From Podarcis gaigeae (taxonomy: Eukaryota): a DNA stretch of 64,000 bases. The number at the start of each line of letters is the position of its first letter. The first letter of the stretch is position 1. Made by a program: the position numbers and the translations under genes. The notes under the pieces are model-generated. The model was not told where the DNA came from, searched no databases, and saw only the letters and a program-made list of their open reading frames with translations. Of this stretch, positions 49,960 to 60,688 are shown piece after piece. The stretch is taken from assembly GCA_964106915.2 (NCBI GenBank), contig OZ066920.1; one strand, written 5' to 3'.

Positions 49960-50342
49960 AGTTAGCTGAGCTTATAGGTCTCTATGTGCATCACTTTCAC
50001 TAGGTTAGCAGCAAGAGGGAGAGGAAGGGGAGCCGAACACCATGTGAGCTGACTGTGACAGGCTATAACAAAGAGACACAGAGCATGGGGGATTTCTCTG
50101 CTTTTAGACTCAAGCCTGCTGCACCTATGGGAAGAGCAAGTGAGCCTCTGTACAGGATATAATGCTCGGATTCTTCCCCATCTGGACTCGGGTTGTACAT
50201 ATATGTAAATAAACCATATATCATAAGAACACCACAGGCTCTTCTGTGGCTCGTTTTTCCAAAAGGAAACTGACCCTGGGTTTAGAACGTGTGGGACCCA
50301 TGGAATCTCGAACTGCTGTGGAGATTGGGGAGGCATGTAACA
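49960..50342 (+). mobile_element. Probable LTR 3' part
   Basis: AATAAA at ~50208 followed by a U5-like segment ending 'catgtaaca'. The 5' end and TSD were not identified. Confidence 0.4.
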
Positions 50343-50428
50343 TTATAGAGGATGAGACCATTGGTCCATACAGCTTGGCATTGTCTGTACAAAGTTCCTT
50401 GCAGTTGCTTTCCAGCGTTTACGGCAAC

Positions 50429-50683
50429 TGTTATGTACTGAAGTTCTCACCCCGGGCCAGCAGGGGGATACTGTAGATAGTTCAGGTCCACATATGCAAA
50501 TAAGGGATCAAAAGTGACGTTCAGTGATTGGATAGTTACAGAAAGTTGTTACAGTTACGTGGTACTGGAGCTCTATATAAGCAGGCTGAATGAACCCTTC
50601 AGTTCAGTTCTGTTCTGGCCTCTGAATAAACAAGAGCTGTTTAAAGAATCGCTGTGTCGTCTGTGTTCAGCCACAACTTAACA
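50429..50683 (+). mobile_element. Solo LTR (255 bp) with 5-bp TSD
   Basis: tgtta...taaca ends. TSD gcaac at 50424-50428 and 50684-50688. TATATAA at ~50574 and AATAAA at ~50625. Confidence 0.93.
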
Positions 50684-50876
50684 GCAACTGTTTCTCCCAG
50701 CCCTGCTTGGAGATGCCACAGAAACTGGGATCCTCTTCATCCAAAGCAAATACCAATGAGCATTTTCTGTTTCCCTGAGAGAGCTGTCTCTTAAGTTCCA
50801 ACAGTGCAATCCTGTGTACATTTCTATGCAGGAGCAAGCCCCTTTGAGTTCAGTGGGGCGTACATGAACGTATGTA

Positions 50877-51093
50877 CAGTGGTACCTCGGGTTACATATG
50901 CTTCAGGTTACAGACTCGGCTAACCCAGAAATAGTACCTCGGGTTAAGAACTTTGCTTCAGGATGAGAACAGAAATCATGCTCTAGCGGCGCGGCGGTAG
51001 CAGGAGGCCCCATTGGTGCTTCAGGTTAAGAACAGTTTCAGGTTAAGAACGGACCTCCGGAACAAATTAAGTATGTAACCAGAGGTGCCACTG
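50877..51093. mobile_element. Tc1-mariner/Tigger-type MITE inserted in a small palindromic element
   Basis: TIRs cagtggtacctcgggttacata / tatgtaaccagaggtgccactg with TA TSD. Host arms are tgcaatcct (~50806) and aggattgca (~51097). Confidence 0.93.
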
Positions 51094-52524
51094 TATAGGA
51101 TTGCAGATTAAGGTATACTGTCAAGGCAATTAATGAAATACGAAAGTTTGTGTTGTGGTTCTTCGGCAATAGGGGACTACCACCTTAGCCACTGTTTGTT
51201 CTAGTTTAAAAGGGTGTAGTTTGAGAAGGAAAAGGACAAGGGCTTTCCTGATATCCAGTGTCCAAGGACCCCCGAAAGCCAACTCTGATTGTTATCATGG
51301 CTACTAGTAGCTGCTCCTTCATGCCTACTAAAAAAGATGTTGAAGTATTCTGCTTTGGAGCCAAAAATCCCTGAGACAGCCCCAATTCCCGTCACCTCCA
51401 AGGTAGAGTATTTGGGTATGTGGGTCTTTAATTAGATTTCCTCCAGCCATGATGATGTAATGCAAGCCGCAGAATTGTCAGCAATGAAGTGTGCACAGAC
51501 TGAAAGGCAACAGTGTACATGACATCATTATAATAAATTAACAGCAACATAAACCAAACCATGCCAGTTTATGAAATGAATGAATGACAGGGCTCTTATT
51601 TTTGTAGCTCCCGGACTCGTTTCTAATTTACAGCTAATTTTTAAAGATGGTTATTAAACTTCAGCAACATGTCTAGCCATACTTCTAAGCACGTTAGTGC
51701 AGACATTTCACGCAAATTAACTGAACAATTCCAATAACAATTTTAGCGAAGGGATTAAATGTTGCTTTCAGTAATGGAACAGTGCACTGTTTTGTAGCTG
51801 CCTGGTGGAACAGATTTAACAAAGAAGAACCCTCACTACTGTGGTACATTTTCAGGGCCGGTCCAGCCATTGGGGAGAGAGGTTGCCATCTCAGGCAGCT
51901 GAATCCGAGTGTCATGAAAGGGCAGTTCCATCTACCTTATCTCTCTTGGCCTGCTTTTCAGCGGGCAGTAAAAACATTTATTATAGTCAGGGTTTGCAAT
52001 GCTTGGATAACTTTATATAAGGGCATACTGAAGAAGACTTTCAACTTTTGTGACTTGTGATGTTTTAGATGGTTCTGCATTTTCAAGACGTCTAGCTTTT
52101 GCTTTTTAATGAGTTATATTGTGCGATTTTCGTAAGCCCCTTAATACTTGGATATGTAGCTTGCCCACTTCTGAGTATCTGGTTTTTTTAAAAAACTTTT
52201 TAACTTTGAATTTTATTGACACTTTAAATGTATATTTAATGTTCTTTGTACACCACTTAGAGGTTTTATTTACAACTGAGCGGTAAACAAATCCCGTCAA
52301 AAAATTCAAAGTGCTGTTAAAGTGCTACCTGCTTTTAGTATCTTTCTTATTTATTCATTTTGCAGATTTTTTTTTAAATCACCTTCCATTTTGTTATATG
52401 TTTTAATGAAGCTGTGTCTTATAATTCTTAAGTATATAAATATTAATAAATAAACTGGGCTGGCATCATTTTAGGAGAATGATTGGGTATAGTGAAGTGT
52501 GGGAGGGTTCAAGGATGACCTGAG

Positions 52525-52603
52525 CATAGCTGTCAACGTTTTCCTTTTTTTAAGGGAAATTCCCTCATTCCCTCACAAGAAAAGGGAAAAGTTGACAGCT
52601 ATG
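52525..52603. mobile_element. 79-bp hAT-type MITE
   Basis: Perfect TIR catagctgtcaac / gttgacagctatg. TSD gacctgag / gacccgag (7/8). Confidence 0.88.
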
Positions 52604-53202
52604 GACCCGAGGCCTAGATTCAGCTCAAATGACATTGCAGCAACAGGAACAAAACTGGGATACAGGGGCACTTGGCCCAATATAGAGACCTTAAGCCAGC
52701 CTAGGCAAAACACACACCCCACCTGTGAAAGGTCGCCTTAATGCTGCAATTAGTGAATCACAGCACTGGCCCAATCTCAGCAGGGATTGGTTCCCTGCCA
52801 GCTACTAACAGTGTCATTGGAGAGTTTTAGAATCCGTTCTGTCTTTTGTTATGCAGATGAAGCTCCCGAGCTCCAGGCCCCAACCTGCACTGAATGTTAT
52901 GCATACATACATTACTAAATAAATTATATTGTTGAAATATACAAGTGGGATAAAGGAGTCTAGAAAAACATACCTACCTACCTAGCCTTCAGAAAATGCT
53001 GACAACATTTTATTTTTGTTATCGTCATAAGGGCATAGGTTTTCTTTACAGTGATGGGCATGATTTAAAAGTTTCCCCCGCAATGGAATTAGTGGTTCTC
53101 CGGATTTCATGAACGCTGTAATCATCCAGAAGGGAGATCCATGCTCAAATGCAGGCTTCTACCTGTAGATTCTCATGTTAGACCAAGTCACAGTACAGAA
53201 TA

Positions 53203-53351
53203 TTAGAATCACAGAACTGTAGAGCTGGAAGGGACTTCAAGGATTGTCTAGTCCAACCCCTGCAATGCAGGAATATTTTTGCCCAAGGTGGGGCTGGAAC
53301 ACACAACTCTGTGATTAAGAGTTCCTTGCTTTTCCAACTGAGCTATCCCCC
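53203..53351 (-). mobile_element. Squam2-type SINE (tRNA-Lys-like head plus CR1-type tail)
   Basis: The minus strand reads gggatagctcagttgg...ctcttaatc...gttccagccccaccttgggc, then ggggttggactag...gtcccttccagctctacagttctgtgattct. Confidence 0.85.
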
Positions 53352-53502
53352 TGCACATTCCCCATATATTGCATGTATATCCATCTCTAGGTGACGGGCT
53401 GAACGTGGAACAATATATGTGGCTCAAGTTCTGCACTTGCGGTTGGAACTGAATCCACGTTAGCATTGTATGCTGTGGAAAGAGCTGGTGTTGTGTAGTG
53501 GT

Positions 53503-54505
53503 TAATAATAATATTTATTTATACCCTGCCCTCCCCAGCCAGAGCCGGGCTCAGGGCGGCTAACACCAGTAAAATTGCAATAAAAACATAATAGAAAAAA
53601 ACCCCAATTTAAAATACAGGTTAAAACACAATTTAAAACAGAGCTTCATTTTAAAAGTAGCCCATAGATCAAAACCATAAGGGGAGGGAAACATAAGGGT
53701 CAGACTGAGTCCAAACCAAAGGCCAGGTGGAACAACTCTATCTTGCAGGCCCTGCAGAAAGATGTCAAGTCCCGCAGAGCCCTAGTCTCTTGTGACAGAG
53801 AGTTCCACCAAGACGGGGCATGTACTGAAAAGACCCTGGCCCTAGTTGAGACCAATCTAACCACCTTGCAACTTGGGACCTCCAAAGTGTTGTCATTTGT
53901 GGACCTTAAGGTCCTCCGCGGGGCATACCAGGAGAGGCGGTCCTGTAGATACGTGGGTCCTACACTGCATAGAGCTTTAAAGGTCAAAGGTAAAGGTAAA
54001 GGGACCCCTGACCATTTGGTCCAGTCGTGACCGATTCTGGGGTTGCGGCTCTCATCTCGCTTTATTGGCCGAGGGAGTTGGTGTATAGCTTCCGGGTCAT
54101 GTGGCCAGCATGACTAAGCCGCTTCTGGTGAACCAGAGCAGCACATGGAAACACCGTTTACCTTCCCACCGGAGCGATACCTATTTACCTACTTGCACTT
54201 TGACATGCTTTTGAACTGCTAGGTTGGCAGGAGCAGGGACCGAGCAACGGGAGCTCACCCCTTGCAGGGATTCGAACTGCCGACCTTCTGATCGGCAAGT
54301 CCTAGGCTCTGTGGTTTAACCCACAGTGCCACCCGTGTCCCTTTAAAGGTCAAAACCAGCACCCTAAACCTGACCCTGTACTCCAGCTGGAGCTAGTGCA
54401 GTTGGTAAAGCACTGGATGAATGTGATCCCAAGGCAAGGACCCCATAAGGAGCCTCGCACCCGCTGGAGTTTCTGGGTCAGCTTCAAGGTCAGCCCTGTG
54501 TAGAG
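53503..54505 (-). mobile_element. L2 LINE 3' portion, interrupted by a Sauria SINE
   Basis: ORF 53700-53987 reads TFKAL...GPTYLQDRL...RARVFSVHAPSWWNSL...FCRACKIELF. It continues after the SINE (…LHQLQLEYRVRFRV…). (tta) tail at 53503-53520. Confidence 0.92.
53989..54341 (-). mobile_element. Sauria SINE (Squam1), full length, 13-14-bp TSD
   Basis: Reverse complement of 20165-20536, with an (accttt)n tail. ctttaaaggtcaaa at 53975-53988 and 54341-54354. Confidence 0.96.
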
Positions 54506-54569
54506 TGAGAGAGTCTGTCTAGAGTTCAAATCCCCATTCAGACATCTCACTTGTGTGATCTTGGGCATA

Positions 54570-54845
54570 TTAAGAACACAAGAAGAGCCTGCTGCATAAG
54601 GTCCATGGCCCATCTAGTTCAGCATCCTGTTCTCACAATGGTCCATCAGAAGCCTATGGGAAACTCACAAGCAGAACCCAAGCACACGCTCGCTCACCCT
54701 TCCTGTGGTTTCCCTCAAGTGGCATTCAGAAGCATTAGTGCTTCTGACTGTGAAGGCACAGCATAGCCATCCTGGCTGGCATTATGCTGCATGAATTTGA
54801 CTACCCCTTTTATTGAAGCCAACCGAGTTGGTGACCCTCACTCTC
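54570..54845 (-). mobile_element. CR1 LINE 3' end
   Basis: 'taagaacacaagaagagcctgctgcataaggtccatggcccatctagttcagcatcctgttctcaca' is a typical reverse CR1 3'UTR with octamer-repeat tail. Confidence 0.85.
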
Positions 54846-55954
54846 TCCTTTTATTCTTTTTTTCTCAGTCTAATCCACCTCAAGAGGCTTGTTGTGAAGA
54901 TAAAATGGTTGGAGGGAGAACCACGTTAATATTTCACAGGTAGAAAATTATATGTTAGACATTGCAGGAGCAAAATAGTCAAGTTATTAGTTAAGCCTGT
55001 TGATTACAGCTCCCCTTCTCTCCAGGCCAAGCCTAGTCAACCAAGAGGAATAACATTTTGTTTTAAGATGCCAAGTGCCAACAAGTTTCTCTACTTACTC
55101 CTTTATAACTTTATGAATATCACAGTTTAATTACTTAATGCTCTTGCCAAGTTTTCCCTCCCTGTGTCAGTTTGCAAAACAACAAAACGAGGGGGGAAAT
55201 AGGATGGTTTGCGAAATGCAGCTACTGTCTGTTCTATATTTTTAAGTAAACTTGTGCCAAAAAAAGAAAGTCAAGCAGAGCCAGAAAGTCTGTATGAAAT
55301 CATTTATTACCCTGCAAAATATGTACTGAAGAGAAATTAAGTCCTGAACTTTCACTAATCTGTAATGTGGCTCCCTACATGAACAAATTTATTGTTCATG
55401 GGCCAGCACTCAAAATGTAATTAATTCCAATTTATAAAATATGCTTTGATCATAATTATTACATATATTAATGCATCATAACCATTTCTTTAGGGAAGTA
55501 AGTCATCCACCCCTTCTGTTTCTTCCTAAGTGAGGTTTTAGGTGGGCAGGTTGTTGGAAGGGGGGTGGGCGCTGGAGGGAATCAGGTAGCGTCCAAGTTA
55601 GGATGGTGTGACTTTGCAAGTGTGAACATGGAAGGCCATAAATCTTCAGCAGCTCAGATCAGGCATTCCCTGCCTTTACCACTGATGAAATTCAGATCTC
55701 CAAGAGGTTAAAGCCAGAAAACCTGGTTTCAATCCACCATTATAAGGCAGGAAAAACGTGGATCGCACTAAAGATGATGAGATCAGCCTTCTAAATGCTT
55801 TCATGTTCTGCGCAACATTAAATATTCTAACTATTGTGGTTTTTAAAGATATAAATTCAATGTGTCTGCCTTGGCTTTGAAAGTAACATGGGAGCTTGTT
55901 GCAGTTCTGGCGGTTGGAGACAAAATGCTAACACAGCAGCAGAAGAGGGGGAAA

Positions 55955-55955
<1 letters not shown>

Positions 55956-55996
<41 letters not shown>
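55956..55996. repeat. (CA)n microsatellite (~20 units)
   Basis: Direct inspection. Confidence 0.97.
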
Positions 55997-55998
<2 letters not shown>

Positions 55999-56624
55999 TG
56001 CAGCCTGATCCTAGCCATTCTTGGTCAGAGATAAACCCAACTGAGTTCAATAGAGCTTACTTCTTTGGGGTGCAATGCTCTACTGATATGCTTTGGTGGA
56101 AGTCCCTCTGTATTGGTGGAATGTCAGGTATGCTGCTGCCATGACAGATAGGCTGGTAAAATATTCTGCCAGTGAAGGCATGTCAGGGGATTGGCTGCCA
56201 CAGGGCAGAATCAAGGATGGGACATGAGCAACACACCAATCCTATATCATATGATCCCCTTAAATCCACAGCTGTGCCCACATTAGTGGCACAGCTTTAC
56301 ATCAATGGAACAATTTTACCTCCCACTGGCTTCCATGAAAATAACCGCTCTCACAATGACTGTCAACCCTATGTCACCAGGGCAGAGCATGCTGTAACTC
56401 AGCACCCAATCACAGCACACCACTGCTAGTATATAAACCACATACAGGGAAACCAGACATTTGATGACAGAGCCCACAGCATGAGGCTGTAACTTCCTTG
56501 ACTCTTGACATTCACCCTTAGATCTCACAAGGATTGAAATGGAGAAAGTGTGCTATGCACACAACAGCCTGTTCTGAGAATGCACACAGGGACTTGAGCC
56601 TTGCTAACTGTTCTCTGCCTAGAA

Positions 56625-56730
56625 CGGGCATGGCCAAACTTGGCCTTCCAGCTGTTTTGGCACTACTACTCCCATCATCCCTAGCTAACAGGACCAGTGG
56701 TCAGGGATGATGGAAATTTTAGTCCCAAAA
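56625..56730. mobile_element. Palindromic hAT MITE lacking its right terminus
   Basis: Same family as 22376-22511 in inverse orientation. Stops at 'agtcccaaaa'. Confidence 0.85.
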
Positions 56731-56778
56731 CTGGGCTTGTCTGAGCTGGGCTTGTCTAACCTGGGCTTGTCTGAGCTG
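56731..56778. repeat. 15-bp tandem repeat, 3 copies (ctgggcttgtctgag)
   Basis: Direct inspection. Confidence 0.92.
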
Positions 56779-56981
56779 TATTACTCTTATCACTGTCCCA
56801 TCCTTGTGTGCAACAGCTGGGAGCAAGGTTGTGCACGCAGAGAGTGCACTCATCTTCACATGCAGGTAAGCTGTGTAGTAAGGGGGTATAAGATTGCAGC
56901 CCATTTAACTTAAAAATTAAAAAATAGTAATATATGACACATTTAAAAAGTTCAAAAAAAGAGTACTTTATATTACCATAA

Positions 56982-57329
56982 GGTAAAGGGACCCCTGACC
57001 ATTAGGTCCATTCGCAGACAACTCTGGGGTTGCGGCACTCATCTCGCTTTATTGGCCGAGGGAGCAGGTGTACAGCTTCTGGGTCATGTGGCCAGCATGA
57101 CTAAGCCACTTCTGGCGAACCAAAGCAGTGCATGGAAACAATGTTTGCCTTCCCGCCAGAGCGGTACTTATTTATCTATTTGCACTTTGACATGCTTTTG
57201 AACTGCTAGGTTGGTAGGAGCAGGGACTGAGTAACGGGAGCTCACCCCGTCATGGGGATTCGAAACGCCGACCTTCTGATCAGCAAGCCCTAGGCTCAGT
57301 GGTTTAGACCACAGCGCCACCCGCATCCC
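56982..57329 (-). mobile_element. Sauria SINE (Squam1), full length, 12-bp TSD
   Basis: Collinear with 53989-54341. TSD atattaccataa at 56970-56981 and 57330-57341. Confidence 0.96.
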
Positions 57330-58963
57330 ATATTACCATAAAGACAGTTCAAATAGCCATCAAGTTGCAAGTCTGACTGATGGAAAACTTTTAAGCACCT
57401 GCTAAAAAAATAATAATGGCTTCTTCACTTAGGTCTTTGGTATAAACAATTCATTAAGTATTGTTGATTGGTCACCCGCTGCACTGTAGTTCGTGTGATA
57501 CTTCCATTAATGTTTACATTTGCTGTTTTAAATTTTACTGTTTTGATGCCTGTAAACCACTCTGGGACCATACCAAATGTAAAGTTGGTTAGAAATTGGA
57601 TGGATGGATGGATGAATGAATGAATAAATAAAATAATGCATTCCAAATTCCCAGTTCCATGTTGTTGTTTCCTCCTTGGCATTTCACACAACTATGGCGA
57701 ATTCCTACAACCTTATTTTTATCTCACTTGTTTCAATGCTGGTCTCCAAAAGTAGGTGGTGCTCTCTAAAATTCATTTAAAATAGGCAGTGTTCACTTTT
57801 GAAAAAAGAGAAAGGGAACAACCACAAACCTGTTGAGCTAATCTTTCCTTTAACTCAAAGAAATTCTGCATCTAATTGGGTGGGGAATCAAATGGGAATA
57901 TATGACTTTGCTGCTGTCTTGACAAGAGAAGAATCAATTTTGAGGGTATGCATAAGTTGTATAGAAATAGTTTGGAACAATTAACATTGCCTGACTTCAC
58001 ATGTTCCATTGACAGTGCTTAAAACCAAGGAGCCAGACTTTATAATCTGTTTGCTGAACAGATGAGAGTATAATGTCGGTATCATTTTAATTAGTATAAA
58101 GACAAGAATTAACTGGAAAGTGTTAAAAAGCCATGTCTGGCTGTGACGATAGCATATGTTAATGCCTTTTCATTTTGGAAGGTGGGGGGTCTCTGCAATA
58201 TTTTCTGTATTCAAATAGCTTGAAAAAAGGAGACATTCTATCTGAAGGGTATTTCGAATTCTGGATTCTGCTTGAAATCTATTCCTGCTCCAACCACCTG
58301 TGGCTCTGTCATTTGTTCTACCAAGGAAAAGCAGGAGGCCCTAAGTGAACTGATCAAGGTATAAACTGACTGATATATTTAATTTTGACGTGTTGGGGAC
58401 AATTGGAATTTATCTCAAACTTTACCAGGGCCATGTTTAAGCTTTGAGGGCCAATAAACATTAAAGCTATCCTCAAAAGCAATGGCTTATCTGCTTGGCT
58501 TTGAGATTTATGTAGGCAGTGGCTTGGTACTTGAATCATGATATATAAAAATTAGGTTTTCTATTTTTATTGGATAAGATTACTTTCTTGAAGGAAGACA
58601 AAACAGAGGGTGACCTCCTCAGAAACGTCTACTAAAGTTGAAGAAAAACATACAGCATACAGAAATCCCTTGATTTTTAAATGCCTGAAATATATTTTAC
58701 TTGCACAGCTTCAAGTACTGTTCACACACGCACAGTGTGCTATATACAGTTCTGTACACTGCCACATGGACAAGTATTAATATGAACCTGTGGACATGTA
58801 CAGCAGAGGGATAGGAACTACAACTCTCACCAACCCTGACCAAGACCTGTAGTTTCTATGTCACTTCCAAAGGCAGCTTTATGTACAGTACTATACACTG
58901 GAGAAGTCTAACCAGGAAGTTACCAGCACACAAACAAATGAAGCCAAGTTATCCTCATCCAGA

Positions 58964-59658
58964 TGTCAAAGTGGCAGAACACCAAGGAAAGGGAAGAAGA
59001 TTCTTGTGAGGGGTGTACTGGGACAAGGTGAAAATGAAGGAGAGGTTGGGGACTCAGGAGGTACTCACCTCAGAGAACGTCAATGGGGCAGCTGATGTTT
59101 CACAGGTGCCAGAAGTAGACCCATCGGCAGAACCAGAGGTGCCCCAGTGTCCACAAACACAGCAAGCTCTGAAGCATCAGGAACAGCAGGAAGTGCACTC
59201 TAAGAGGCCGAGGCAGGCAAAATAACACAGCCCAGCTTACTAGTTGACCAGGTGGAGATCATGAGGCTCGTTAGGACTGCGAGGAAGTTTGTGGCCACTC
59301 AGCTTGATTAAGCTCAGGGCAGGTGAGGGTCACATAATTTGTTAACTGGAGAGACACAGCTACTCAGCTGAAGCAAGCTCAGGTGTGTCAAACAAGATTG
59401 GGAGGGGGGAAAGGGAAGCAACTCTGTGGTTCCTGGCTATTTCAGGAACTCCACTGGACTACAATTTTGGAACTGACCCTAGGATTCCAAACTTCTGCAG
59501 AGGTTGGAATCTGGCCTTACAGTTTGCCTTCAAACCTTTCTCATTGCATTGCATTGGACCTGACCTGACCATTGGACTGTGTGAGTTTTCTCTAGTGTTG
59601 CCCTTGGGGCTGTGTGCACAATCAGAACTTACCTCAGAGTCTGCTGGGGTTGAGGACA
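58964..59658 (+). mobile_element. Solo LTR (~695 bp)
   Basis: tgtc...gaca ends and 5-bp flanks ccaga / cctga (4/5). GC-elevated block. Confidence 0.65.
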
Positions 59659-60120
59659 CCTGATGAGCCACCAGACGAAAGTAACAGAAGCCACTTCATG
59701 CCATGGATGAATTTTTGTGACTCCACTGACCATTTGAAGTTCAACAGTACCCCTAAGATTCATACCTGTCCCTTCATGGAGTGTGTAAATTCATTTAGAA
59801 CAAGGTGCTTTCCTTTCACCTGCACAGAGGAACCACCCACAACAATTGAGCTATGGTTTGCTGGCTCTAATCCAGTTCATTGATGAGGACAGTCATATGA
59901 AATTCAATAGTACTTGTTTTGGTAAAGAAGAAGCAAAGCTGAGGCTTATGTGTGCCTTTATTTTATTTCAAGCTGAAAAAAGATCCACAGGATGCCTCGT
60001 TCACCTAATGTAGTCCCTGGCGGGTCCATTGACCACAAAGAGAGCTGAAAATCTCTACCCCACAGGAAAAACCTTGCCTCCATTCCTTGTCCTGAATGCA
60101 GTATGCCAGCAAAGCTTTGA

Positions 60121-60688
60121 TGTCAGGAATGAGTCAGATGCAGATCAGCACTAAAGTAATAAGTCACCGATGCCAGTGAAGTTAACTCTTTATTCAAATA
60201 AACCAAAATACAGTTCAGGCGTAGCAGTCTCAGCAAGTCTTTCCGGTAGGTTGATGACATAGTTGTGAGGACTAAAGATCCCTGCCTTCTCATCCCTAAG
60301 GATCCTCCTCTTGTGGGTTTCTCCCACGCAGTCTCAAAACTACATCTGAGCACAACCAACTTCTGTTCTGCTCTTTCCATTTCTCTGTGTGTGCTTAGAG
60401 ACTTGGGCGGGGAGGCAGGAGAGTTGGTTGCAGCAGGAGGAGGATTCTTCAGCAGCCTGTCTCCACTTTGGTCTTGGTCACCCTCCCCTCCAGCCTCTGC
60501 TTCAGCCTCAGAGTCAATCTGAACTGCTCTCTGCCACAGCCTCTTCCTGTTCACTAAAGCCTGTCATCTCCTGCTGCTGACACTGCCTCTTCCCAGTCTG
60601 CTGCTTCTCCCTCTGACCACTCGTCACCATCCCACCACCAGTCCCTCAGCTGGTGCTTTCCACCACTCCTCTGCATCCAGCCAGGCCA
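60121..60688 (-). mobile_element. Solo LTR (~570 bp)
   Basis: TG...CA ends with flanks tttga / tttgg (4/5). Minus-strand AATAAA at ~60189-60194. Purine-rich U3 on the minus strand. Confidence 0.7.

Noticed and set aside
53270-53351. tRNA-Lys gene
   Set aside because: The degenerate cloverleaf is fused to a CR1-type tail, so it is a SINE head. The same applies to the tRNA-like heads at 20165, 24144, 54341 and 57329.
59655-59690. CTGATGAG...CGAAA hammerhead-like core just after a solo LTR (possible retrozyme)
   Set aside because: Stem II has only one pair, no stem I partner is visible, and the CTGA lies in the TSD outside the LTR. Probably chance.
60123-60554. 143-aa acidic/proline-rich ORF
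   Set aside because: Lies wholly within a solo LTR. A compositional artefact of the purine-rich U3.
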